Of a stretch of 64,000 nt of DNA, positions 12,341 to 25,184 are shown piece after piece. The DNA is taken from NCBI RefSeq assembly GCF_030144855.1, contig NC_082716.1:78120001-78184000 (forward strand), read 5' to 3'. The notes below the pieces were generated by a model. The model was not told the DNA's origin, searched no databases, and was given only the letters and a program-made list of their open reading frames with translations. Both the position numbers and the translations under genes were made by a program. Numbering within the stretch: position 1 is the first letter of the stretch; every line of letters starts with the position of its first letter. This DNA comes from Hypanus sabinus. Its lineage: Eukaryota.

Positions 12341-15300
12341 TAATTCATCGATTTTTCTAGTTTATCATCCCCGCCACCCCATTCAGTTCATAGCTTGTAA
12401 CTGTTTACATAATAAACACTGGTCTCTTTCTTATTCCACTATTTCGAGACAAAACCCTAGAACAAGCATACTAACGTTCCGCACCTTAAACTCAAGATTT
12501 CAGAAATGCTGCAGTATTGTGGTCACACAAGTTAATCTGTGCCCTCAATTTATGAGCTTTATTTCCTACTCTTTAAAATAGAGGCCATTAAGCAAAGCCA
12601 GATTTGTTTTGCCTCCCTCCCACCTTTGTTTTCAATGCCTTCCAAAACCAGTTATTAATCCTCCAGTTTCCACTTCTAACACGTTTCTATCCCTCAAAAA
12701 CCACTCTCAAGTTTCACAATCTCACAGACAAACCCCAACCAGGTGTACTTATATATTAAGTCAGAGTCATATTTTCTGCATACATCCATAGGTCTCCTTC
12801 AGATACATATAATTTCTTGAAGAGTAGGGTAGTTTCTCCGACTGTCTGACTTGATCGCAAATTCTGTTATATTGACTGTCCTGTTATACATACCATTTAT
12901 TATAAAATTACTATAAATTGCACATTTAAACAGAAACGTAAAGATTTTTACTCATGTACATGAAGGATGTAAGTAAAAGTCAATTCAATTCAATTACTAT
13001 ATTAGAACATTATTGTCCGCACTTAACCTGCATTTCACGATTAACCTTTACAAAATCCTATTTAGAACCTTGAGTACTGGGTACAGCATGCCACCATACT
13101 ATCATGACTTTAATAAGTACATAGCTCAGAATGAACAAAACTGCCTGGTAAAACTCAATGTTGATCTGCACATTACTGATGATTCATTTTTAAAATAATT
13201 TAAAAATGGGAGAAATTAAATAATGGAAGACTGCATCAGTCTCAATGAAGTCACTGAAAAGACAGAAAAGGTAAGACTATAAATTTTGAGAGACAGCAGG
13301 AGAAATTTCTTGGTACAGAAAGCTGATGTGCAATTTATATCTGTTAAAAAGCTGAGACAGAAATTACAGCAAAATTCAAGGTAAAATTGAATAGATGAAT
13401 AAAAGCAAGGTAGAAATAGAATGGAGAAACCTGATTAAAAGTATTTGCTCATGTAAAGTGTAAATGCTGACAAACTAATTAAGCTAATTCAAAGTAAACT
13501 TATTACCAAAGTTTCTATCTGTTACCATATTCTACCTTGAGATTAATTTCCTTGCAAGCATTTACAGGGGGAGAAAAGAAATAACATTTTGTATCTTCTG
13601 TGCATTTAGCAGTTGATTCTGCCTTAAATGGCTATGAAGTGTTTCTTCTTACAAATGAATAAACTTCAATTAATAAACTTTAATATGAATACCAGGAGTA
13701 AATACTTCAATATGAATGAAAATAAGGTGGAAAGAGATTACATTCTCCTTCAAGGGAGCTGGATTGTATCAATATAAAAATGAAAGCAAGTATTGAATAT
13801 TCCCTTTTTCTGAAAAGTCAGTCAAATTACATAAATCATTCAAAATCAGTCAGGTTCTCACAAGGAGATCATGCAGACATGCAAATAGTACTGGGACTAG
13901 TCTAAAAAAAACTACCTTTATATAGTACTAAATAACTTCCCTGTTTGACTGTTTATGTTAATATTGTCACATTAAAAAATAGTAATAAAATGAATGGATA
14001 GAAAAGTCAAATGTTAGCACAAGATTTCTGAATAGAACTCAGTTTTTGATGCAAGAATATTTAATCACTATCTAAATTAGACATAATTTTAAATTCCTGC
14101 AGTGACAAGTTAACACTCATTAACGAACATTTGGCAAAGCAAATCAATCTAAAGGAAAACTCATTCTAAACTGAAGGAAGTCCAGAGGCAAAGTCATTAA
14201 ATGGACAACAATCACATTAGAAATTGAGCTGTTATTCAATTTAGCAACACTTCAATTTGAAGTTTTCTGTCCAAAGGCTACAGATAACTCTATATCTGTA
14301 TACTGAAGACAGACTGATTCTTTATCAGCAAGGGACATGAGCAAAGAACAGGAAACTGGTATTGATATGAAAGCTTAGCCAGTGTTTCATTCAATTAGAT
14401 GAGGCTTGAGAGATTGTAGAATTAACTATGGCAGCACAGATCAATTCTGTTCCAATTTCTTAAAATTTTAATAAAATAACTCCTCCAACTAGCAAACTAT
14501 TGAAGAAAGCAACACACCAAATGCTGTACCTCTGAATGAATGCAATGCCTTTTATTCCCAGCTGTTTCCAACTCATTTGAGAACTATGATATGAAACATG
14601 CATCTTGGAGTAAAGTTATCTATAAAAATTTTCCACACACTCAATCCTGCATCTTACTACAGAATAACCTGAGCAGGTTACCTGCCTAGGATGGAAAATG
14701 AAAGTAACAAGTATAAGAAAAACAGAAAAGGTAAATCTGCATTGAAAGATAAACAGCAATTTCAGATTTTCACAGTCCTTTTCAGTGAACCAGATTTTGG
14801 GATTTCTTCTAAATCTTATTTTAATTGATCTATCAGCCTGCAAACTTTAAATATTTTTCCATTTTAAGGATTAAACCCTTATTCACTATTCCTTCTTGCA
14901 ATGTATGCAAGTGTAATTTTTAAGAACTGAGTGTAATTAAGGAAAGAATAGGGGAGATGTGTATTGAGAGAATTCAGAAAATAATTTGGTACAAAGTTGG
15001 TAATGGGGACTCAACTTTAGAGGGATTACTAAAAATTGCCACCATAGAAGGATAAATAATAAAAAAAAGTTTCACTCAGACTTAAGGTGCAAGCAGGGAA
15101 CAAGCCCATTGAAATGATGATGGCACTGTAGTCTTCTACCACACCTTTACAACTACTATCAAACTTGCTACATACAATATAAAAAACTACTGGAAGTACT
15201 CAGCCCATGAGGTAGTATGGGGAAAACGGTGAGCATTTCAAGTCAATGACTTTTCATTCATGATCTTTCCAATAAAGATAATCAATTCGAAACATTAATA

Positions 15301-16139
15301 CCATCTCCCTCTCCACAAATGCTATCCCATCCAATCCAAGTAAATCTGGCATTTTGCTTTTATTTCTGGTTTCCTGTACCTTAACATGTTGGTTTTGGAT
15401 GCTACATATATGTCTCTTTTTTTTTGGAAAAATATGATATTCCTTTCTGGACATTTAGGAATTTATTTGGTAAAGTTATGGGAAGACGAGCAAGCTTAAA
15501 ATTCAAGGCAGTTGCCATTAACAAGTACAAGTAATGTGTACAAAACAATAACAGTAACACTGTTGGTGATTGTGTTTTTCATGGCCATTGTGTTTAGTTG
15601 TCTTTAATTACCAAAACAAAATTAAAATGGTTTTGGCCTGACCCTCAAAGCTAGTGACAGGATTCTGGCCAAATGTCTATGTTTATATGATCATTTCTTG
15701 ATGCCCCACATGATGCTGCCTACATATGACAAACATACCTTTTTATTTGCAGCAGCCTTTTATCAATTATTGCAGTATAAAATGCCAAACGGCTGATATC
15801 TGAATCTGTCAAGATGCCAAAATTTGCCAAGGATTAAATCTTACTATATTTCTTCTTCACCAGTTCTGCTCTTACCATAATTTCATTCAAATACACTGGG
15901 ATCAGTTCCTTTCAACTCTCTGCATGTACAGTTTGTAGAAAAAAAAACTTGAGAAATTCCGCTCACCACAGTCTGGCCTCAGTGTTGTTTGGCAAGGATT
16001 ATATCCAGTATATAGGCTAGAGGTATCAATAAAGAGCAGAAATGTGCGAACAGCAATAAAATGTAAGGCAGATATTATGAAAGGAAAGAGGAAGTGATCA
16101 GAAAGTGGGTGCGATTGGAAAAGGAGGGGGAAATGCAGA

Positions 16140-16430
16140 ATCAGATTTAATATCACCAGCATACGTCTTGAAATTTGTTGACTTTGCAGCAGCAGTACAA
16201 AGCAATGCATAATAGGAAAATATATGAATTACAATAAGCATATATATTAAATAGTCAAACTAAATTAGTGCAAAAATAGAAATAAAAAAGTAGTAAGGTA
16301 GTGTTCATGGGTTCAATGTCCATTCAGAAATTGGATAGCGGAGGGGAGAAGCTGTTTCTGAATCAATAAATATGTGGCTTCAGGCTTCTGTACATCCTTC
16401 CTGATGATAGTAAGGAGAACAAGGCACAGC
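16140..16430 (-). mobile_element. Rex/Babar LINE 3' end
   Basis: Reverse complement of the tail seen at 25740-26045 (aacagcttctcccctccgctatcc; tctgattctg). Confidence 0.7.
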
Positions 16431-17744
16431 TGTGCAAGAGATGGGACAGAATAGAAATGATGACAGCAGAAAGAGAGAAAACCAAAAATGACAGGCATGA
16501 CAACACAGCAGCAAGGTAACAACACATTTTTGCCCTTCACCTTTAAACCTCCTCTTGAAACCTCAATATATTTCTGTTACTATGCTCCACAAATCCAGGT
16601 CAAGAACTGCTTGATGCTGAAGATAAACAGAAGTCCACGTACTTGCTGAATCTGAGTTATGCTCGAAAAGTTTCCTTTTACAGATGTTCTTGTTTATTTG
16701 AAGCAGTTGCTGCTTTTGCTAATTTTGGGAGTGTTTAACAAGAGCAAGGCAAAGGTTTGTTCCTCTGACCCAGGAATGAAAGTCCTTTTCCACTTGTATA
16801 CAAAACTAGGCAAGCACATTATATTTCTACATTTTACTGAATATGGGGACTTCCGAGTACATGTATATCTAAAAGAAATTCCTGCTGTATCAGTTTAAAT
16901 CCCTTAAATATTATTAATAGTTCTTTAACACTGGTTTATTTTGATGAAGGAGATTTTAGTACAGCATTCCATTTATGCTCATTAGCCTATTATTGGCAAA
17001 TGACTAACTTCAAAGGCCAGAGATGTCCACATCTGTGAACACTAATCCCTGATTTTCTGCCACTAATTTTGGCCAAAGAATATTATCTTCAATTTGTATA
17101 CCAGATTCTTAAAAACAAAAATGGTACAATAACAATTCAACATGGGACAAGTGTTCAAGCCAGGGCTCAGTTATACCTCCTAAATGATCTCTCAGAATTC
17201 CACACATTTTACCAGCTGCTGTTTGGAGTACAGTTGTTAAACTTCAGCCAAGTTCTATGCTGAGAGACAAACAACTTAGTTAAATCAGTTCCAGATTTCA
17301 TTCTGTTATTGTGGATGTTGACATTATTTACAAGTCAGTCAGACTAATATCCTAAGTGGATAATTACTTGGAAAAATCTGAAAGGTACTGCAAGTCAATC
17401 AGAAAGGCAGTTAGCATGAATTTAAACAAAAGAAATTGATTGCTCAGAAATCCTGATGATTAGACTTAACTCACCGGATGTCAATCATCATTTTTCCACC
17501 AGCACATCAGCTCACTGATTGCCGTGCTCTTTAAACCCACCTTATTCCCTTTAAATTCAACTGGCTCCATTTCCCACTCTCACTATAACAGGTTCACTGA
17601 AAAACTATACTAACAGCAAATTGAAAGCACATTGGAATATTGGAATAACAATTCAGAAAATCTGCCAGTTCTATACCAAATTCCAAAGTGTACCACATTA
17701 ACAGAGGTTACAATGCAGTTACGGGCACCACGTTTTGGGAAGAA

Positions 17745-17975
17745 TGCAAAACACTACAGAAGATGAGGTATTTCCTTTCTGCACCCTGTGACGCATCAAG
17801 TGGCAGCCTTGCCATTTCTTTAGCATTTGTCTGTTCTTATTTAAAAAAAAATGAGGTGGAGTTCTAGCTCTGCGCTCAACCCAGCACAAATGAAAAGCGT
17901 GCAAGGAGCTGGCTGGATTCAAACTTGGGACCACTCACCTCAAAATCCGGTGCAGATCCTACTACACCACTGGCC
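17745..17975 (-). mobile_element. tRNA-derived SINE
   Basis: Minus-strand head ggccagTGGTGTAGTAGG (A box) and GTTTGAATCC (B box-like). Confidence 0.7.
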
Positions 17976-18647
17976 ATCTAGAATACCAAAGGGGGATTTA
18001 TAGGTCGCTGGGCCCAGGTGTATGAAAGGGAGTGCACATTCCAGGAAACCGAGTTACCATCATTTTTATTAGATGTTTACAGGTTTAAATACTGAAGTTA
18101 TCTGGTGGAACTTTGATGTTCTAGTCAGAGGGCATACTTAGGGCCAATTAGTCTAGGTAAAATGAGGAAGACTGAAATTTTAATAGATTTGCACCCAAAC
18201 AAAATCAAAAGGAGATCAATACAAATAGAACATTGTTACTACCATTAATAGGAATACAGCATTGAACCATAATTCTTCATGTTGTACTGCTGTATTAGTT
18301 AGATGAATTTTTTCCTTCAATCATGTGTCATATGGAAACATTAAGAACCTGACAAAATAATACATTGTAAATCTCAAAGCAAATAATACATAATTAGAAT
18401 ACATTTTTCACATTTTATTGCAATATCACACAGACCTGGCATCTATAGAAACTGCACAGACAATATGTGGCCCGAGTCTTTATTCCCGCATTGCTCAGCT
18501 GTGGACTAATTGCTTTTAGCATTCATTTTTAATTATTCACAATTAGAAAACATTGCAGTACAGCAAGAGTTTTTTAAGCATTACATAACTAAAATGGCAG
18601 AATATCAAAGAAAATGAATATGTTAGTATTAGTCTAAAAGCACATAC

Positions 18648-18698
18648 TGTTTAATCTTGTCATTCTTTGGTCCAAATTTAGGTCCAGTAGGCCCCCTT
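18648..18698 (-). CDS. vamp4: VAMP4 exon 4 (51 nt: RGPTGPKFGPKNDKIK)
   Basis: Acceptor tttcctttacag|, donor CA|gtatgt. Phase 2-2 fits exon 3, and the peptide matches human RGPSGPRFGPRNDKIKH. Confidence 0.96.
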
Positions 18699-18941
18699 CT
18701 GTAAAGGAAATCAGAAAAGCTAAATCATAATGAGACAATCTATATTAGACCAGCTATCTAATATTATTCTTCGTATCTTTAATCATGATTTTCATTAGTA
18801 AACCTCATGCAAAGTAACTGATTGAACAAAGTTAACAGTGGTGCCCAAATGCACTCTTGGAATTGTATAGCACAATATAAACTACCAAATTGGTCATATA
18901 TCAAAAAAGAATTGCTATAGCTCATAGGAAATTCAAAAATG

Positions 18942-19988
18942 CGATGGATTCCAATTAATTAGGTCTTTGGTTAATTGGGGCAGCCACTTATTTGGGACAA
19001 AATGTCACTTAACTGGATCAAGAGTCTTGTCACATATTTTCTAACCAGTGCGAGTCACGCGCACGTCACATGGCCGTTAGACATCACACTGTGCTTAGAG
19101 CAGTTTTTAAAATAGCCTCAGTGCACATGTTTGTATTCAAAAAGCAGTGCTCTTTGTCTTTGAGATTTGGCAAGAAATAAGAAGCAAGACAATTCAGAAC
19201 TGTTTTGCTCACCACTGTTTCAAGCATTCCAGCTTGGAAATGCCAGAAACAGCCGGGAGCAAAAACGAAACGATTTTGCTATTTCAATAAATGAGAAACT
19301 ATGTAGAATTTGAAGGCATCGACAATTATCTTAAATGTTATCCTTGATCTCCATTGAACACTCAGTTCTTACCTGTGGCTCCAAGCAACTGTTTGCATAT
19401 GACAGCAGCCACCACTACATCACTTCAACAGGTGAGCTAAACCAGGCAAGGGAAGCCAGGTCTCATACCCCAGAAAGATAAGGAAATGCTTGTCCTAACA
19501 TGCAAAGTTAGCTCTGGCAAACTGGACAAATGAGATCTACAGTGAGATCCAATGGCCAGGAAGGCAGTTCTGCAAAGCTATGTACAGAGTGAAGGGCCTG
19601 ACATAGCACAGAAGTAGTCATGGTCATCCACTGCAACCAGGAAGACCCCTGTTGTGATGTTTGCTCATTCTACTGAACCCAGACTTCCAAGGTCAGGAGA
19701 GTGAAACTACCCCAGTGTAACAGCTTTTGCGCTTTATAAAACTCTCCTACACAGGTCTCCTATCACTGTCTGATACCATACACAACTACCAGTAGTACTG
19801 GTAGTGTTCTAATTTGCTCTATTTCATTCAAATACATAATTTGTTACTCAGTTTACAGTAGTTTGTCTTTTTTCCCCCCTTATACATACTTTAAACTATT
19901 CCCATGAAACTTCGGCTAATTGGGGCAGCCACTTAATTGGACCAAATTGTACCAGTCTCAATGTGTCCTAATTAACCAGAATCTACCG
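18942..19988. mobile_element. Tigger/pogo-type MITE containing a nested insertion of about 450 bp (about 19342-19790)
   Basis: Imperfect TIRs cgatggattccaattaattagg / cctaattaaccagaatctaccg+TA; direct subterminal repeat taattggggcagccactta at both ends. Confidence 0.7.
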
Positions 19989-21429
19989 TAGTTAGGTAAT
20001 TTTAGTAACATTGCAAATTTAAAGCCGAGTCCAATTAAAAGTAAAACTTAATTTGTATTGGTGAGAAGAAAGGCAGCAGGGGTAACATATGGAAATAGAC
20101 CTTTAAAAACAAAAGAAACTTTTGGCCCTACAAGTTCACAAAAGAAATTTATTAGATCTCACCCCTTTTCCCAATTCACAGTCTATAGACTTTATGGTTT
20201 TGCAAGCGCTGTGTCAGACATTTATTAAGTGTCAAAAGGTTTCTCTATCTTCTGTTCTCTCTGGCGTAGAATTCTAGCCCCTCTCCATCACTGCTCTCTG
20301 AATTTCTTCAGCTCTTCTAATGCTTTTACCACTTGCACTATATCTTTGTTAGTTGATGAGTTACTATCCTTGGACTTCCATACTGGGCCAGCCACAGGTG
20401 CACCTTGAATTTGTTCTGAAGGTACAAGTTTGCCAGGCTGACATTTACCTACAAGTTATTATGTCTATTTAGAGGAGTCACTGCCAGCAGCCTTGCAGTT
20501 TTTTTTTGTTAGCTGTACACAGTCCACATCTCATCACTAGCAAATAATAAGAGCAGTGCAATTTAAATCTATGTTCCATTACCACTGGCTCTTCCTTGTT
20601 GTTCATCCTTCCCTGGTAATTCCAAGTTTTTTTTTAACAGTACATCTTCATTCTAGGTAACATTCTCCTTGTAACTAAAGAGTTCCAGTCCTTAGGTGGC
20701 CCGTGGCATAGGGCTACATTCAACTCAGGGGAGTAGAATCGTGATCCCATGTCAGGAAACCAACCCCCCCCCCCTCCCCCCCCCCCCCCCCGAGGCTGAA
20801 AATGAAGCAGATGCCTGGGAAATAGAAGAGACCTCAAATGGAGGAAGAACTTCAGCCCAGGGCCAAACTCAGGCTAGAAGGAGAGGGTCCTTCAAGTCCA
20901 AACCTTCTCTGAAAAATCTGTTTGTAGACTTTTTTCCTCTGCCCAGCAGAGGAGAGATGCTTTTCAAAGGGAACTCCAAAGCCTGCAGAAGTGCCTCAAG
21001 ATGCCTTCTTATCAACATGGTGATGATATTTGGAACATCTCAGCTTCAAGGGAATGGCCTGAATACAGCAATGGCCAGAGGATGAGTGGGCCAGCCAGCT
21101 GGTGCCAATCCATGTTAGATACATGGGTTATGACCCACGTACCCAACCCCAAGGAAAAAAAAACACTGGAGTTGCTCCACACTTTAGCGCAACTGTTTAT
21201 TATGTGTGCCTAAAATTGAACATAAAAATTAGTGAAAAGAAAAATACCAATATTTACAAAATGTTATCTCCAAGAAACAATATTAGCTCCATACTTATTA
21301 TTGTCCAGTGTGAACTTCTGGCAGCCCCCATCTTTCTCTCATATAGAGGGCAATGAGCTCCTTGTCATTTGGCACTAGGACATAGTGCCTTTAATTGTCC
21401 ACAAAGTTAACCTGAGAGTACACATGAAT

Positions 21430-22585
21430 TCAAATACAGAACAATACAGGCCCTTTGGCTCAAAGTTGTGCCAAACATATCCCTGCGTTAGAAATAGCTA
21501 GGGTTACCCATAGCCCTCTTATTTTTTCTACCCTCTATGTACCTATCCAAAAATCTCTTAAAAGACCCTATCGTATCCACCTCCATTGCTGGTATCCCAT
21601 TCCATGCACGCACCAACATCCGGGTAAAAAACTTACCCCGGCATCTCCTCTACCTACTCCCTAGCATCTTAAACCTGTGCCCTCATGTGGCAACCATTTC
21701 AGCCCTGGGAAAAAGCCTCTGACTATCCACACTGTTACGTACCCGTGGCATGTGACTGTGGTGTGCTTGTCACGTGACAGGTGCTGAAGCTATACTGGAC
21801 TTGAGGTAATGGTCTTATGATGGTGGAGTGACGTCATTTTCCCGCCAGTAGACGTCATGTGACAGTTTTTTAAAAAAAAATATCTACAGGATATAAAAGG
21901 AGGACCCCACCCTGTGAGGAGGGGCAGCTCGTGGCTGGATTTGCCATGTTCACTTCATGCCACTGTGTGATTTAATGTTATGACGCAGTTTAGTTGAAAG
22001 ATGAAGTTTTATTTAATGCCTAAAGTTTAAAAGGCAATTGCCAGCAGTTTCTTTATAATACTGCTAGTTGAGAATCAGTGGAGAGTGAAGATCAGAGTTC
22101 AGGAGTTAAAAGATCGAGGAAAGTCGATTTCGACGGTGAAACAGGTTCGACCTTGTTTGATCCTCATTTGGAAGGAATTCGTTGACTGTCCCTGTATTAA
22201 TCCCTGTGAATAGCAGAAAGGATTGGGAACAGTTTGTAAAGGAAAGATCAGTGCCTTTAAGCAGTTTCATTTTTCCATCTCTGTAAATTCTTTGTGGGAA
22301 AAGTTCGATTTGGAATCGCAACAACACGACATGAAAGAGAACTTAAATCGTCTTAAAAATTCTCTCCCTTAAATGGACTGTAAGCATTTTGAACTTTTGC
22401 AATACTGCTTTGAAGAACTGTTTAAGCTGCCGCACAGCAGCTGATTTCTGGTTACGTTGGTGATTTGTTTACTTTTGGGGGTTTGTTTTTCAATGTTTAA
22501 TAAACATTTTGTTTGTTATCAAAACCCTGCCTCACTCATATATTTATTGTTGCTGAGTCCGTAACAACACGATCGATGCCTCCAC
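21430..22585 (-). mobile_element. CR1 3' fragment (same family as the 4835 element), split by a solo LTR
   Basis: Aligns by eye to 4850-5160; ctgactatccacac|gatcgatgcctcc is restored when the LTR is removed. Confidence 0.85.
21733..22566 (+). mobile_element. Solo LTR (834 bp, Gypsy-like)
   Basis: Termini TGTTACG...CGTAACA, perfect 4-bp TSD ACAC, TATAAAA at 21892, AATAAA at 22499. Confidence 0.92.
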
Positions 22586-23354
22586 AAAATATGATGCACC
22601 CCACAATGTAGTTACACTTATTTTACAAAATAAGCACAAATTTTTATCTTAAACAGTGTACAAACAACATATACACATTTCCGCAATCATGGCAGAATAT
22701 TTCATTTCTTTAGTGATGGGAAAGGCACCATAAAGCCAACCTGAGTGCATCAGCTCAGTTTAGGACCCAGGAGTGAAACAACAGAACACTTAGCACAATG
22801 GCACACTTAAAGTTAATAAAATTAAGCTAAACTTTGGTGTCTGACTGAATGCCAGTGTGGAGGGGGATCAGTGGGACAACTATGAGAATATACTAGGGAA
22901 GATAATGAAGTGCATACACTCACAGCAATGACAGCAGAAAGACTAGGTTTGTGTGTGAATGAATGTGCGTGTTTAAGGAGAGTATTTACTGAGTGCTCTG
23001 TTACACCTCAAGTTCCATTACATCTTTTGAAATGTTGACATGCTTTTGACAAGAATGCATAACTTGCTGTGAACAAAAATGAACATCAATGCAGAACTTT
23101 TCATATGGGCCATATGCTGAAAAGAAATGCTGGAGGGACTGTAAACTGCAGGCCTTTCTTCTGGATCCTTGTGGTATCATGATATTACCAGAAGTTCCAA
23201 GTCATCACAAAAATAAACAATTTCATTAATTTCTACACTCAAATGCTTTTGAAAATGGTAAATGTCATTGGAGAGTAAACTCATTGAAAACTTTTTAGAA
23301 TACTGATATAACTCTTTCTCTCACCCACACCCCACCCCCACAACCAGAGCAAAT

Positions 23355-23650
23355 CATAAAACACAAGTGATTCTGCAGATGCTGGAAATCCAGAGCAACA
23401 CACAAAATGCTGGACAGTTTCAGGCCGAGACCCTTCATCAGGACTGGAAGGGAAGGGACAGAAGGATAGAGGGGAAGCTGGAAGATGACAAGTGGAAACT
23501 ATGAAGGGCTGAAGAAAAAAGGTGCCAGGAGGGAGAATAATGAAGAGGGACAAATGGTCAAACTAACTACAGAGTCATCCCTGCAGAAAGCTGAAAGTGG
23601 GGAGGGGCAGGTAAACATGTGCTTGGTGGTAAGATCCTGTTAAAGATGGC
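23355..23650 (-). mobile_element. Penelope-derived repeat with hammerhead-like core
   Basis: Minus strand ccagtcCTGATGAagggtctcggcctGAAActgtc; tail ttccagcatctgcaga as at 11300. Confidence 0.7.
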
Positions 23651-23854
23651 AAAAGTTGGGAATAATGCATATGGCTAGATATCAGACATTACTTGGTCTT
23701 GATGGTGACGTAGTACAACCGAAAAGGTAAGTTGTGTTATATCAAACCAACACAGGCATGATTTTTGGATTAGAAAGTGAGGACGACTCTGGGAGCTTCT
23801 AGAAGATTATGGATTGAAGAGGTTTTCCACATCACCAAATACACAAATTAAAGT

Positions 23855-24360
23855 TCTACAGATGTACTATTGAAAGTATACTTACTGGTTGCTTCATAAA
23901 CTGGTATGGCAATTCAAATGCACAGGAACACAAGCTGCAGAGAGTAGTGGATTCAGACAGTACATCACAGGTATCTTCCTCTCCACCAGCAAAAGTATCT
24001 ACAAGAGGCACTGCCTCAAGATGCCTGAATGGTGGTGATGCCAACTTCTCAAAGCTTCTATCAGGCAGGAAGTTCAGAAGCCTGAAGTCCATATCACAAG
24101 GTTCAAGAACAGGTACATCCCTTCAATCATTTGATTGCTGAACCGATTTGCACAATCCTAATCACTATTTCAATATCGTAATGCTATGATCATGATGGAT
24201 TTATTTTTGTTATTTTGTTCTAATTATGTTCTCTCTTGTATAATTCACATTTAAATTGTTTTTGTTGTGAATGTTATCTCTCTAATGCTATGTGACTGAT
24301 GCTGCTACAAGCAAACATTTCACTGCATCTATGCATATGATAATAAACTTTGACTTGACT
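23855..24360 (+). mobile_element. Rex/Babar LINE 3' fragment
   Basis: ttctacagatgtactattgaaagtata...ctggtatggcaa; ends aataaactttgacttgact. Confidence 0.7.
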
Positions 24361-24775
24361 AGACAGTTGTAGTACATTCCTTTTAAATCTTCAGTGCTGA
24401 CTGGACTGTGGAGCTCCAATTATCCATCATTTTTACTTTTTTTGTTTTATTCTACTGCATGTAGTCCTTGATATCCAAGGGGATGGGGGAGAGGGGAATA
24501 GTGGAAGTGAGAAAGGAGAACTTGATGTGTGTTTCACCTTTTTAATACTAATCAGAGTAAGGTTTCAATAACCAATTCATGATTTGGCTTAAGCCAGGGA
24601 TTCCCAACACTTTTTTTTATGCCATGGACTAATACCATTAACACCTAGCTTAAACTCTATCATAGTGAGTTCTTAAAATGGGTTGCTTTTTCAGACTATG
24701 TAAAGCACCAAAGTCAAAAATTAATTTGACTACAGATTTCAAATTTAAGACAACGAAATAAAAATTCAAACTCAC

Positions 24776-24822
24776 AGGAAAAAGTCTTCTTCTTCATCAG
24801 AGTCATCTTCTAACAGGTTCCG
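24776..24822 (-). CDS. vamp4: VAMP4 exon 3 (47 nt: RNLLEDDSDEEEDFFL; dileucine and acidic-cluster sorting signals)
   Basis: Acceptor tttttgcag|, donor CT|gtgagt. In phase with exon 2, and the peptide matches vertebrate VAMP4 aa 23-38. Confidence 0.97.
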
Positions 24823-25184
24823 CTGCAAAAATAAAAAGAATGCTTATCAAATGGGCCACAAATTGGAAATCCTCAGGATAATTCAGTGAATTGCTCCATC
24901 ACATATGGTCAACTACATCTATGCAGCAGCTCAATGGTTATAGTAAAATTAATTTTCTCACCTGGAAGGACTGTTTGGGTGGTTGCACGCAGAAATCAAA
25001 GTTAATCATACTGAACCTAACTTAACTCTTAAGTTACTATTTTACTACTCCTTCATCTCAATAACACAGAAGTCTACCAAATCATTAAAAATTCAGATTC
25101 CTATAACTGGTATTTGTTAGAAAGGAGCATCATAACTGTCCTGGGTTGTTGGACTTAATTGTACCCGAAGTTAGTAGAATTCTA

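Noticed and set aside
17900-17975. tRNA gene
   Set aside because: A and B boxes continue into a SINE body with no acceptor stem.
1-18647. VAMP4 SNARE and transmembrane exons (VQNQVDEVIDVMQENI...)
   Set aside because: Searched by eye on the minus strand and not found. They probably lie left of the window, so this is not evidence of truncation.
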